From the NCBI GenBank assembly GCA_041654095.1, contig JBAZED010000007.1, forward strand, positions 585-64,584: 64,000 bases of DNA. Direction: 5' to 3'. The notes under the pieces were generated by a model. It saw only the letters and a list, made by a program, of their open reading frames with translations. It was not told the DNA's origin and searched no databases. Source of the stretch: Bacilli bacterium. Its GTDB lineage: Bacteria > Bacillota_I > Bacilli_A > RFN20 > CAG-826. Every line of letters begins with the position of its first letter. Within the stretch, counting starts at the first letter, position 1. The translations under genes were made by a program, and so were the position numbers. Below, one piece after another: positions 17,486 through 27,671 of this stretch.

Positions 17486-18841
17486 ATGGCGAGCATTAAA
17501 AAATTTCGGGATAACGAAAAACGACAGCAGTTGATCACTAAGCTTTTGGCGTCTTTTGCCGTCGCGGCCGTCGTAGTCGTCACCGTCGTCATCGCCAATC
17601 AAGAGCCGGTGACCGCCGAATTTCTAAACGTCGCCGTCCTCGAAAACGAAATCATTTATCGCGTTGATGTTCAAGATCCCGATAATCGCATCGCCGGAGA
17701 CACGCTTCAGCTCGAAGTCAGCGGTAGCACCGAAAGGTATTATGAGCCGCTCGCGGTGGGCAAGAGCGCGGGCTCGCAAATCGTCTTTGGAAGTTCAGAC
17801 AACTACACTCTCAATATCTCCGCAGACCTCGGTTTTGGTCGCGAAATTTTGAATTCGAAAAGCGTTCCGCTGACCAGAGCTCTCGCCGGAGCAATTCTCG
17901 ATGTCCGCCTCGATCCGGAAACAAGCCAAAGCCTAGAATCGGAAACCCTGACTTACTTAGTCGACACCAAATATTACGATCCGGAAGCAAAAGTGGAAAG
18001 CGCCCTCTTGGAATATGCTTATGTCTCTGAAGAAGAGTATCCCCAACCGCAAAAATATGACCCTGACGACCTTCAATATGAATCGATAATCATTGATAAC
18101 CTAACCGCGACGACCATCCTTCCCAACATATCAAATTACAATGTCACTATTTATCTTCGCTTGGTGGTTTATCTTTTTGGCGAAACGACAGGGACAATCC
18201 TCGATGAATGGGAATTTGCCACTCCCTTCCGCTTCTTTGGCTCGCTTTATGTGGATGATGTCGGAATGGATTATGCGCTCATTTCCGTGTTTGTTGATAA
18301 TCCGCGCGATATCGCCATAGAACTGTGGGTCGATGTTTATTCCCAAGCGAATTTGCTGACTTCTATACCGGTTATCTTTGATGGGGCGAGCAGCCAATCT
18401 GAAGGCGTGCCGGTTCGCGTCGACGATTTGCTGACCAACACCCCGTATTCCGCGTCCCTGCGAACTCGTTACGTCAATCCGGACACGAACGAAGAAGAAA
18501 ACATCACGACTGAACCGGTCGAATTTGCGACTTCCCAAATGTATCAATGGGAACTAACTTCATTTATCGATAATGGCACATCCTACGACATTGTCGTAAC
18601 GACAAACGATCCCTTTCACATCATTCAATCCGTGTCGTGCTATATCATCGGCTTAGATGAAAATGGAAATACTGTAAATTGGTACTTCTACACTTTGATG
18701 GCGGAAGTCGCTGAGCAAATGGTGATATATAGCGGCACGATCAGCAAACCAGGCGAACAATATTACGAACTTACTCTTTTATTGAGCAAATCCGTGAATC
18801 AAGCATATTACGAGGAGATAATTTACACACTTAGTGTGTAG
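17486..18841 (+). CDS. Hypothetical membrane-anchored extracytoplasmic protein
   Basis: 451 aa. N-terminal signal-anchor (AVAAVVVVTVVIAN), acidic, no recognised motif. Confidence 0.4.
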   Translation: MASIKKFRDNEKRQQLITKLLASFAVAAVVVVTVVIANQEPVTAEFLNVAVLENEIIYRVDVQDPDNRIAGDTLQLEVSGSTERYYEPLAVGKSAGSQIVFGSSDNYTLNISADLGFGREILNSKSVPLTRALAGAILDVRLDPETSQSLESETLTYLVDTKYYDPEAKVESALLEYAYVSEEEYPQPQKYDPDDLQYESIIIDNLTATTILPNISNYNVTIYLRLVVYLFGETTGTILDEWEFATPFRFFGSLYVDDVGMDYALISVFVDNPRDIAIELWVDVYSQANLLTSIPVIFDGASSQSEGVPVRVDDLLTNTPYSASLRTRYVNPDTNEEENITTEPVEFATSQMYQWELTSFIDNGTSYDIVVTTNDPFHIIQSVSCYIIGLDENGNTVNWYFYTLMAEVAEQMVIYSGTISKPGEQYYELTLLLSKSVNQAYYEEIIYTLSV

Positions 18842-18858
18842 TTATATTTTTTCAAGAG

Positions 18859-19848
18859 GTGAAAATTATGGAAAAAGAGAGAAAAGTCGAGAAGAAAAAG
18901 TTGAGGAAGGGCATGATACAAATGATCATCGTCTTGTCGGTGATTGGCGCGGTCATCATCTTCGCCATCATCTTCGGGGTCGTTCCGGTCCTTGCGGTGA
19001 CCCCATTTGGCGTTTTCGTCAATAATACGGTTGGCAAATTCTTCAACGTCGCCAACTTGTTTTTGAACAATGGCTTGGCGCTAATTGAGACGCTCGTCAT
19101 CATCTTCTTTGTGTGGGCGTTAAATGAAATTGTCAAATATGTCGCTGCCTTGCTCATCAATAAATTTAGGGCCAAATCGACTTTGTGGATCATCGTCCGC
19201 AGCATTATTAAGTACGGAAGCGTCATCGCCGGCGTGTTTCTCGTCTTGAGCGCATGGGGAGTGCAAACCCCGACCCTCCTCGCCGGTGCCGGAATACTAG
19301 GCTTAGCGCTCAGCTTTGGAGCTCAGAGCCTGATCGAAGATGTGATTGCCGGTTTGTTCATCATCTTTGAAAAGCAATTCCAAGTCGGCGACATCATCCA
19401 AGCTCACGGCTTTCGTGGCAAAGTCACCGAGATTGGCGTTCGGACTACCACTCTCATCGATGTCAACGGCGATGTCTTGATCATCAATAACTCAGATTTG
19501 CGACAGACGATTAATACTTCTGCGAATCTCTCGCCGGCCATCTGCGATATCGGCATCGCATATGATGAAGACATCCAACGCGTTGAGAAGATAATTTTAA
19601 ATAACATCGATGACTTGAAAGTCCGAATTCCCGATATCGTTGAAGGCCCTTTCTACCGGGGCGTTCAGTCCCTCTCTGATTCGTCGGTCGTCATTCGCAT
19701 GTACGCCCGGACGGATGAACTCAAAAAATATCAGGTTACGCGTGATTTAAACAAAGAGATGAAACTACTTTTTGACCGCAATAATATTCGAATTCCTTTC
19801 AACCAAATCGTCGTACATTACGAAGATGGCAAAGAAGAAAAGCACTAA
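18859..19848 (+). CDS. Small-conductance mechanosensitive channel (MscS family)
   Basis: TM helices followed by the MscS core (AGAGILGLALSFGAQSLIEDVIAGLFIIFEKQFQVGDII…GKVTEIGVRTTTL). Strong terminator follows (19867-19896). Confidence 0.8.
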   Translation: MKIMEKERKVEKKKLRKGMIQMIIVLSVIGAVIIFAIIFGVVPVLAVTPFGVFVNNTVGKFFNVANLFLNNGLALIETLVIIFFVWALNEIVKYVAALLINKFRAKSTLWIIVRSIIKYGSVIAGVFLVLSAWGVQTPTLLAGAGILGLALSFGAQSLIEDVIAGLFIIFEKQFQVGDIIQAHGFRGKVTEIGVRTTTLIDVNGDVLIINNSDLRQTINTSANLSPAICDIGIAYDEDIQRVEKIILNNIDDLKVRIPDIVEGPFYRGVQSLSDSSVVIRMYARTDELKKYQVTRDLNKEMKLLFDRNNIRIPFNQIVVHYEDGKEEKH

Positions 19849-20138
19849 TCTCTTTAACCTTTTTCCTAGCCCCGCCCTGGCGGGGCTTTCTTTTTGTTCA
19901 ATAGTTTTATTGATGCAGCGCTGATACTTTTTGAACAATAATGAGCAAAACGACTTTCATCACGAAGCGTTGACGTCATGAGAGCCATCTATCGATTATT
20001 CGTCATGCTCATGATGATTTATGCAGCATATGCTCCGGTCGACATTGATATGACCATTGCGGTTATCGCATCGCAGTACCCTCGAGTTGTCACTTTGCGG
20101 TTGCACCCCTATAATAGAAAAAGAAAGAGGTTCTCCTT

Positions 20139-20459
20139 ATGAAAAAAATGACAGCATATTGGATTTTTGGAGCTATATATCTCGGCACGGTCCTCATTGG
20201 ATTAATCGTCTTAATGCCGGCAATCATCACGGCGGCGATGAACGGCGGAACCAGCGCGTTAGTGGCCGTCATCAGCGGTGCGATGGCGTGGGTTGTCGTC
20301 ATTTCGCTGCTCGGCGTGGCGCAACTTGTCTTATCGATTGTCCACTTGGTCACTTATTACAAACATGATTTTGCTGATCAGTCCAAAGTTGGACACGCCT
20401 TGTATCAGTTCTTTTTCGGCTTTGGCATAATTGGTCTCATCATCGTATTAGTCATTTAG
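20139..20459 (+). CDS. Small hypothetical membrane protein (3 TM)
   Basis: 106 aa hydrophobic ORF with RBS AAGAGG. Confidence 0.4.
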   Translation: MKKMTAYWIFGAIYLGTVLIGLIVLMPAIITAAMNGGTSALVAVISGAMAWVVVISLLGVAQLVLSIVHLVTYYKHDFADQSKVGHALYQFFFGFGIIGLIIVLVI

Positions 20460-20642
20460 CCGTTATTAATAAAGCCAACGAAGGGTCCGTCCTTGATGGC
20501 TGCTGGTTTTTTATTTTTGCTCATAGACGTTATTGAGTCTCTGAATAGTAGCGGTCTCTTTTGGTCTGAGATAAGCCATTCAGTTGTTATAGGCGCAACT
20601 CGCAAGTATAATTTTCTTGGTTGTAATCGAGGAGTGTTTAAA

Positions 20643-21845
20643 ATGCATAACGCAAGGAAAATTATTGATGACGTCTTCTATGTCGGCGTCAATGATCGGC
20701 GCATCAGCAGGTTTGAAAATATCCATACCGTACCGCGGGGAATGGCCTATAACTCATTCGTCATTTTGGACGAAAAAACGGTCCTTCTCGACACCGTTGA
20801 TCAAGCCGGTGGCCAGCAATTCTTAGAAAATGTCAAACGCGTTCTCGGTAGTCGGCCTTTAGACTATATGATTATTAATCATATGGAACCCGACCACTGC
20901 GCGCTTATTCGCAATGTTGTCGACCGCTATCCCGGAGTAATTATAGTCGGTAATAAAACCACCTTTACCCTCCTCCACCAATTTTATGAAATCGAACTCG
21001 GCGATCGTTTTATCGAAGTCGAGGAGAACGACGCGCTGAATATCGGAAAACGCAAGCTAAAATTCTTCATGGCCCCGATGGTTCACTGGCCGGAAGTCAT
21101 GGTCACATATGAAGAGGCATCCGGCCTTCTTTTCACCGCTGACGCGTTTGGTACTTTTGGAGCTCTGGAAGGAAATCTGTTCGCGGATGAAGTAGATTTC
21201 GAAAATGAATGGTTGGGAGAAGCGAGGCGCTATTACGCGAACATCATCGGCAAATACGGAACGCAAACGCTGTCGTTATTAAACAAAATTGATAATCTCG
21301 ATGTGAAGTACTTGCTGCCTCTCCACGGACCCCTGTGGCGAAAAGACATCGCTTGGTATCTTGAAAAATATCGGCTGTGGGCATCATACCGACCTGAAGA
21401 AAAAGGCGTGGTCATCGCCGTCGGTTCCATATATGGAAACACCGTGGAAGCCGCGGATATTCTAGCCGGCTATCTCGCTGAAGAAGGCGTTAAGAATATT
21501 CGCGTTCATGAAGTTGCGTCTACCAATCCATCGTTCATCATCAGCGATATCTTTCGCTACTCGCATCTTGTCCTAGCGTCGGCGACCTATAATTTTCGCA
21601 TCTTCCCGCCGATGGAAACGCTCCTCAGCGACATCGTGGCTTTGAATGTTCGAAACAAGACAATCGCCATCATCGAAAATGGTTCTTGGGCCCCATCCGC
21701 CGATAATCTTATTCGCCTGCAAGTCGCCAAACTAAAGAATATTGACATAGTCAATACCGAAAAATTTACGATAAAGTCCTCGCTGAAAGATCATCAGCTC
21801 AAAGCATTGCGCGACCTCGCGAAAGCAATTGCCGCAACTCTTTAA
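20643..21845 (+). CDS. Flavodiiron protein (FprA/rubredoxin-oxygen oxidoreductase type; metallo-beta-lactamase + flavodoxin domains)
   Basis: Start MHNARKIIDDVFYVGV with a GAGGAG RBS. Di-iron site motif HMEPDHCA. C-terminal flavodoxin VVIAVGSIYGNTVEAADILAGYL. The longer ORF from 20493 is judged a spurious hydrophobic extension. Confidence 0.8.
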   Translation: MHNARKIIDDVFYVGVNDRRISRFENIHTVPRGMAYNSFVILDEKTVLLDTVDQAGGQQFLENVKRVLGSRPLDYMIINHMEPDHCALIRNVVDRYPGVIIVGNKTTFTLLHQFYEIELGDRFIEVEENDALNIGKRKLKFFMAPMVHWPEVMVTYEEASGLLFTADAFGTFGALEGNLFADEVDFENEWLGEARRYYANIIGKYGTQTLSLLNKIDNLDVKYLLPLHGPLWRKDIAWYLEKYRLWASYRPEEKGVVIAVGSIYGNTVEAADILAGYLAEEGVKNIRVHEVASTNPSFIISDIFRYSHLVLASATYNFRIFPPMETLLSDIVALNVRNKTIAIIENGSWAPSADNLIRLQVAKLKNIDIVNTEKFTIKSSLKDHQLKALRDLAKAIAATL

Positions 21846-21897
21846 TTATTTATTGATTCCATCGCGATATAATACCGGTATACGAGGAAAAGGCAAA

Positions 21898-22257
21898 ATG
21901 GATGATTTTATCATTTCGACAACACACATCTTGGATGGATATGAAGTAATCGAATATATTGATGTTTTATTCGAAGAGAGCATCTTCGGCGTCAGCTTAT
22001 CGACCGGGCTCAGAGGTTTCGGCGACATGTTCAAAGGATGGACCGGCGAGAGATTCGATGCGATTTCCAATCGCATCGAAGAAGTGAAAACGCACGTCAA
22101 GTCCGAGTTGGTCAAAAAAGCCAAACAAGCAGGGGCCAATGCCCTGATTGGCGTCGACATCGAAACGACGCGCAATCTCAATGATGGCACGATCGGAATT
22201 TCGATCTCCGGAACCGCCGTCAGAATTATTAAAGTAGCTAAAGTCACTGCTCGTTAA
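21898..22257 (+). CDS. YbjQ/UPF0145 family protein (DUF74)
   Basis: MDDFIISTTHILDGYEVIEYIDVLFEESIFGV…GANALIGVDIETT, typical of UPF0145. Start at the internal Met preceded by AGGAAAAGG. Confidence 0.7.
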   Translation: MDDFIISTTHILDGYEVIEYIDVLFEESIFGVSLSTGLRGFGDMFKGWTGERFDAISNRIEEVKTHVKSELVKKAKQAGANALIGVDIETTRNLNDGTIGISISGTAVRIIKVAKVTAR

Positions 22258-22314
22258 TTGTTAAATAGAAAAAGCACGGAATGAAAACCGTGCTTTTTGT
22301 TGAAGTCCGCCCCT

Positions 22315-23256
22315 TTAGTCGTTGGCGTGACCAGCCGAACCGAAGACATCGATCATCTTATCGGCCACGAGAGAAATAACGGCATCAAGGCCGGCGTTGA
22401 TAAAGAAACGAGTATCGAATTCCTCGGGCTTTTCATAGAGAGCCTTGCGGAGCCCGCCGACATAAGCGACGCGGATGTCCGTGCCGACATTTATTTTGCA
22501 TATCGCGCGGCGGGATGCTTCACGAAGCATCTCTTCCGGAATTCCGATGGCTTCTTCAATCTTACCACCGTATTTATTCAATATATCGAGGTTGACCTTC
22601 GGAATGCTGGAAGCGCCGTGGAGGACGAGCGGGAAGCCGGGCAATTTCGCTTCGATCTCTTCGAGGATATCAAATCTCAATTGAGGTTTTTGACCGGGTT
22701 TGAATTTAAACGCGCCGTGGGCCGTGCCGATGGCAATCGCTAGACTATCAATACCCGTGCGATTGACGAATTCGACGACATCATCGGGATGGGTGAAGTG
22801 GCCGTATTTGTCATCGACATTGATATCTTCTTCAATGCCGGCGATGGCTCCGAGTTCACTTTCGACTGAGACGCCTTTGGCGTGTGCGTAGTCCGCGACT
22901 TCTTTTGTCAGTCTGACATTGGTATCAAAATCGTTGGCGGATGCATCGATCATCACGCTTGAAAAGCCAATATCGACGCATTCCTTGCACAATTCGACGC
23001 TTTTGCCGTGATCGAGGTGCAAGACGACCGGAACGGTAATGCTTTTTAAGGCATCGTCGATCGTATTTTTAATAAAATCTTTGCCGATGAAGTTCAACGC
23101 TCCGCTCGAGATGGCGATGATGACCGGCGATTTGGTTTTCTCGGCGGCTTTCAAGACAGCTTTGAGCAGATCGACATTGTCGACATTAAAGGCTCCTATT
23201 GCATACTTCCCTCTGTAGGCTTTTGCGAATAACTCCCGAGACGTGACTAATGGCAT
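22315..23256 (-). CDS. Class II fructose-/ketose-bisphosphate aldolase
   Basis: AIGAFNVDN, HLDHG, GTAHGAFKF, LVLHGASS motifs of class II aldolases. Confidence 0.85.
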   Translation of the reverse strand: MPLVTSRELFAKAYRGKYAIGAFNVDNVDLLKAVLKAAEKTKSPVIIAISSGALNFIGKDFIKNTIDDALKSITVPVVLHLDHGKSVELCKECVDIGFSSVMIDASANDFDTNVRLTKEVADYAHAKGVSVESELGAIAGIEEDINVDDKYGHFTHPDDVVEFVNRTGIDSLAIAIGTAHGAFKFKPGQKPQLRFDILEEIEAKLPGFPLVLHGASSIPKVNLDILNKYGGKIEEAIGIPEEMLREASRRAICKINVGTDIRVAYVGGLRKALYEKPEEFDTRFFINAGLDAVISLVADKMIDVFGSAGHAND

Positions 23257-23300
23257 ATTTTGTTCCTCCCCTTGCTCTGTGGCATGTATGAGATTAGTAT

Positions 23301-24233
23301 TTATACACGATTGGCGCTCATGAAGACATGGGCCAATTTGTGCGCGACGATGGTTTTGGCGGCTTCTTGAGCCGGCCCTAAAAAATAACGTGGTTCAAAG
23401 TGATTTGGATATTCAGCAAGAGCTTTTCTGAGCCCGCTGACGTAAGCCATGCGAAAATCGGTTCCGATGTTGATTTTGCAGACATTTATGGCTGCGGCTT
23501 TGATGAGTAAATCCTCCGGAACACCGATTGCATCCTCAATACTCCCGCCGTAATTGTTAAAATCGTCGACGAGATTTTGCGGGACGCTGCTAGCGCCGTG
23601 AAGGACGAGCGGAAAACCGGGTAAACGCCGTTTGATTTCTTCGAGGATATCAAAGCGGAGCGTCGGTGTTTCGCCGTGTGAAAATTTTTGCATTCCATGG
23701 ACGGTGCCGACGGAAACGGCCAAACTATCGATTCTGGTTTCTCTGACGAAACGGACAACTTCATCGACATCGGTGTAGCGGTGGGCAGCAATTCCTTTTT
23801 CTGCTTCTTCCGCTCCGGAAAGAGCTCCTAGTTCGCCTTCGACACTGACGCCGCGAGCGTGAGCGTACTCGCAAACTTCTTTGGTGATTCGGATATTTTC
23901 AGCAAGCGAAGACGAGGAAGCGTCAATCATGACGCTTGTAAAACCTTCATCGATACAGTCCTTACATATTTGGAAGTTCTTGCCGTGGTCGAGGTGAATG
24001 GCGAAAGGAATCGTGAGATCTTTTGAAGCCACCTTTAATAATACTTTAATATTGCCCGGGTGCATGAACTCACGCGACCCTTTTGAGAAGGCGATCATCA
24101 CGGGCGAGCGCGCTTCTTCCGCGGCCGCCAAAACGGCTTGGGCCATGGCGAGGCTATCGACGTTAAAGCAGCCGATGGCGTATCCTTCTTGATAGGCTCT
24201 AGCAAATAATTTGTTGGTGTTGACGAGGGGCAT
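23301..24233 (-). CDS. Class II fructose-/ketose-bisphosphate aldolase, tandem paralog
   Basis: Same motif set (AIGCFNVDS, HLDHG, GTVHGMQKF, LVLHGASS). About half identical to the neighbour. Confidence 0.85.
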   Translation of the reverse strand: MPLVNTNKLFARAYQEGYAIGCFNVDSLAMAQAVLAAAEEARSPVMIAFSKGSREFMHPGNIKVLLKVASKDLTIPFAIHLDHGKNFQICKDCIDEGFTSVMIDASSSSLAENIRITKEVCEYAHARGVSVEGELGALSGAEEAEKGIAAHRYTDVDEVVRFVRETRIDSLAVSVGTVHGMQKFSHGETPTLRFDILEEIKRRLPGFPLVLHGASSVPQNLVDDFNNYGGSIEDAIGVPEDLLIKAAAINVCKINIGTDFRMAYVSGLRKALAEYPNHFEPRYFLGPAQEAAKTIVAHKLAHVFMSANRV

Positions 24234-24406
24234 AATGATTTCCGAAAGGGACCCTTTGAAGGTGTCCTAATAATACAATATCACTAAAAAAAACGGAACG
24301 AAATGAAAATAATATTAATTTTAAAACTAATTAAATAAAAATATTGTTTATAAAAAATCATCATGATAAAATATTTTCAGAAAGATTCTAGGAGGATCAA
24401 AAAAAC

Positions 24407-25690
24407 ATGAAGAAAGCATTTATAATTCTATGCGCTTCACTTTTCGTCACGTCTTCAGTTGTCTTGACGAGCTGCGACCCTGCGACCGATGACGGTTCAA
24501 CCGCCGCGATTGTGGAAAAAGCCAGCAAAATGACACTTGAAGAATTAGAGGCTGCATCCAAAACTGAGATGGAAGCTTCTACTTCTACATTCAAAGTCGT
24601 CGGTTTGACATCAACGCTCGCCAAAGCCTTGACTAAATTCTGCGACACTTACGATTGGATGGAATACGATGTCAACACCTTTGTCAACAACAGCTACAAA
24701 GACTATGCGTTGCTAACCGCTCTTGAACAAGCCGATGATTCGTATTTCGCGGACTTTGCATTAGTTCAAGACGCTCGTAGCCTGGCCGACTATCTCGAGG
24801 CCGGAATTACTATCAACTACATCCCGAGCGACTACGAAACTCTCAACTTACCAGAAGAAAATACCTACCCATTAAAAGGTCTTTATTTCAATAAAATTTT
24901 CTTCTCAAATGAGAGATTAGGTGTCAACCTCAATAACATTTGGCAGTTAGCGGGTAGTGCCACTGATGCGAATCACTTGGACAACCTCTCCTTCCAAACC
25001 CCGATTACCGAACAAATCAACATGTCGTTCATTCTCAGTCTTTACGACGAGGCGAACCAAGCAAGACTAGAAACCGCTTATCAGAATTATTACGGAACGG
25101 CCTGGGCCGCGAGTGATGATTACTCCTCATGCGGCGAACAATTCGTTCACGAATTCGTCGCCAATATTTCGAAATGGCACTCCAGCGATGGCACAGCCAT
25201 GAAGAAAACCCAATACGAAGAAACCGCCCAAGAAGGCGTCGATCCCTTCATCTATTATGGCGCGTTTGCCAAGATGAAAGACGCAGCGGGACAAACCTAT
25301 GGTGAAGAGACTGCGATGGTCACCGTCGACTGGGATAAGACAATTGATGGTTTCAATGGTTTTATGTACGCGATGTACAGCCAGATCATCAAAAACGCCG
25401 AACATCCTTACACCGCCTGCTTATATGCTCGTTTCCTCTTAACGCCTGAATGCTATCAAGCTATGTGCTACAATTCCAGCACTCCGAATAGCTTAGGCGA
25501 TGCCGCCAATATGTACGGCTATTATTACCCATGCACTTCAACGACCGTTGGCATCAATGACAACGATTGGACAAAAGCGCAATGGATCGAAAAATCAATC
25601 AATGAAGATTTCGATTATCTCAGCACTGTTAAAGGCGCTCGCATTAACGAAATCCTCGCCCTCGTCTCCAGCAACACCAAAGCATCCTAA
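24407..25690 (+). CDS. ABC transporter substrate-binding lipoprotein (FbpA/AfuA/PotD-like superfamily, specificity unknown)
   Basis: Lipobox VVLTSCD. First gene of an operon with a fused double permease and a PotA/FbpC-type ATPase. Confidence 0.55.
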   Translation: MKKAFIILCASLFVTSSVVLTSCDPATDDGSTAAIVEKASKMTLEELEAASKTEMEASTSTFKVVGLTSTLAKALTKFCDTYDWMEYDVNTFVNNSYKDYALLTALEQADDSYFADFALVQDARSLADYLEAGITINYIPSDYETLNLPEENTYPLKGLYFNKIFFSNERLGVNLNNIWQLAGSATDANHLDNLSFQTPITEQINMSFILSLYDEANQARLETAYQNYYGTAWAASDDYSSCGEQFVHEFVANISKWHSSDGTAMKKTQYEETAQEGVDPFIYYGAFAKMKDAAGQTYGEETAMVTVDWDKTIDGFNGFMYAMYSQIIKNAEHPYTACLYARFLLTPECYQAMCYNSSTPNSLGDAANMYGYYYPCTSTTVGINDNDWTKAQWIEKSINEDFDYLSTVKGARINEILALVSSNTKAS

Positions 25691-25774
25691 TTATCGCAAT
25701 TGATAATCTAGCCGTTCTTTGAAAAAAACGGGAGAAATCCTTTGGTCCGGGTTTCTCCCGTTGATAATATATAG

Positions 25775-27667
25775 GTGGAAAAAGTAATGAAGTCATTATC
25801 CTTCAGCAAGATATGGAATAAATCGAAAACCTTCTTTTCAAAACCCGCCAACATCATCTTGCTCCTCTTCACGATTTTACTGACGGCGACCGTCATTTAC
25901 CCGCTTATTTCTCTAGTTCTCGATTCCTTTATCGTTCAGAGTTTCTCGGAAGCTAGCGAGATCAACGATATCTGGGGTACGACCGTCAGAAAAGGCGATT
26001 TTACTTGGGCGCAATGGCCCAATCTTTTATTTAACGAAAACTCGGAATACTCGCTTTACTTCTTCTGGCAGCCTTTGTACAAATCGATTCTCATGGCGCT
26101 CTTGGCCTGCGTGATCGCCGTTTTAGGTGGTGGTCTTCTCGCCTGGTTGATCACGCGCAGCAATTTGCCGTTTAAGAAGTTTATCTCCGCCGTCTTTATT
26201 TTTCCGTATATTATGCCGTCGTGGTCGATTGCTATGTTCTGGGAAAATTTTTTCAAGAACACGAATGTCGCCGCGGCCAACTATCAAATGGGTATTTTAC
26301 AAGCCATCACCGGAATATGCGTTCCCGAAAGCTTTTTATATGGTCTCATCCCATGCGCTCTCGTCTTAGGCATTCACTATGCTCCGTTTGCGTATATTCT
26401 CATCGGCGGAATCCTCCGCAATATGGACGCCAACCTCGAAGAGGCGGCGACCATCCTCAAAGCCTCGCGGTTTAGAATTCTAAGAAAAATCACTTTGCCA
26501 ATCGTGGCGCCGGCCTTGATTTCGACGATATTGCTCGTTTTTGCCAGCTCGATATCAAGCTATACGGTTCCAGCCTTTTTAAATGCCAACAACAGTTTTA
26601 CTTCAATCTCAATCGCCATGCGCGGTCTGATCGTCATATCCGGGAAAAAGGGCCAAGGTTATGTCGTGGCCGTTATTCTATTGGCTTTCAGCGTTCTCAT
26701 CTTGACTATCAACAACTGGTTTACGAGATCGCGGCGAAGCTTTACGACCGTCAGTGGTAAGTCGGGCCAAGTTTCCAAATTTCGCATCGGCAATCGGCCG
26801 TGGATTAAATGGACGGTGGCTTCCGTACTCGTCCTAGCCGTTTCCTTCTTCGCCGTCTTCCCACTAATATCATTCGTCCTCGAAAGTTTGCAAGAGACGT
26901 CAGGCAGTTTTGCATCGATGACTTTGAAATATTGGATTAGCCCCGAGAGTTTCGATGTCCGCATTACCAACCAAGGTCAATCCGCACAAGGCATTTTCTA
27001 TAACCCCACGGTGTGGAAAGCCTTTGGACGCAGCGTTTTAGTCGCGTCCGTCGTCGCCTTGATCGCCGGAACGTTCGGCATTCTGATCGGCTATGCCGTC
27101 AGCAAAAACCGCCGCAGTCGCATCGCCAACTATGTATCGAGCACAGCTTTCCTTCCCTATTTGATCCCAGCCCTCAGCTTCGGCGCAATCTTCTTCTCGC
27201 TAACCTTCAAAGACGGCTTTCAATGGCTCAATGTTTCGATGACCAACAACGAAATGTCGGCGGTGGCGATTTGTATTTTGGTAGCCTCGATAAAATTCTT
27301 GCCATTCGCTTCGCGAAGCGGCACGAACGCCATGCTTCAGGTGTCTGGCGAGATCGAAGAGGCGGCCATGATTACGGGCTGTCCGTGGTGGAAGCGGATG
27401 ACGCACATTCTCTTCCCCATTCAAAAATCGAGCTTGATAAGCGGATACTTGCTGCCATTTATTTCTTGCATGCGAGAACTGACGCTTTTTGTTCTCATTA
27501 CGTCGAGCTTCTCGCTTCTGACCAACGTCCTGCAATTCTATGATGTCTATGGCATGAATCAGTTGAGCAATGCCGTCAATCTTTTAATCGTCCTCTTTGT
27601 CATCGGAATTAACTTCTTGATCAATAAGCTGACCGGTGCATCAATTGATAAAGGTATAGGAGGCTAA
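25775..27667 (+). CDS. ABC transporter permease, fused two-domain (FbpB/AfuB/ThiP-like, 12 TM)
   Basis: 630 aa with two EAA loops (LEEAATILKASRFRILRKITLP and IEEAAMITGCPWWKRMTHILFP). Confidence 0.75.
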   Translation: MEKVMKSLSFSKIWNKSKTFFSKPANIILLLFTILLTATVIYPLISLVLDSFIVQSFSEASEINDIWGTTVRKGDFTWAQWPNLLFNENSEYSLYFFWQPLYKSILMALLACVIAVLGGGLLAWLITRSNLPFKKFISAVFIFPYIMPSWSIAMFWENFFKNTNVAAANYQMGILQAITGICVPESFLYGLIPCALVLGIHYAPFAYILIGGILRNMDANLEEAATILKASRFRILRKITLPIVAPALISTILLVFASSISSYTVPAFLNANNSFTSISIAMRGLIVISGKKGQGYVVAVILLAFSVLILTINNWFTRSRRSFTTVSGKSGQVSKFRIGNRPWIKWTVASVLVLAVSFFAVFPLISFVLESLQETSGSFASMTLKYWISPESFDVRITNQGQSAQGIFYNPTVWKAFGRSVLVASVVALIAGTFGILIGYAVSKNRRSRIANYVSSTAFLPYLIPALSFGAIFFSLTFKDGFQWLNVSMTNNEMSAVAICILVASIKFLPFASRSGTNAMLQVSGEIEEAAMITGCPWWKRMTHILFPIQKSSLISGYLLPFISCMRELTLFVLITSSFSLLTNVLQFYDVYGMNQLSNAVNLLIVLFVIGINFLINKLTGASIDKGIGG

Positions 27668-27671
27668 TTAT

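Noticed and set aside
20057-20368. Two overlapping ORFs (103 aa plus, 87 aa minus) at the small membrane protein gene
   Set aside because: The 106-aa hydrophobic ORF with an RBS is the consistent call. The others overlap it out of frame or antisense.
20493-20642. 50-codon hydrophobic N-terminal extension of the flavodiiron ORF
   Set aside because: Flavodiiron proteins are ~400 aa and start MxxxKIxDxxYxVG. The internal Met has a GAGGAG RBS.
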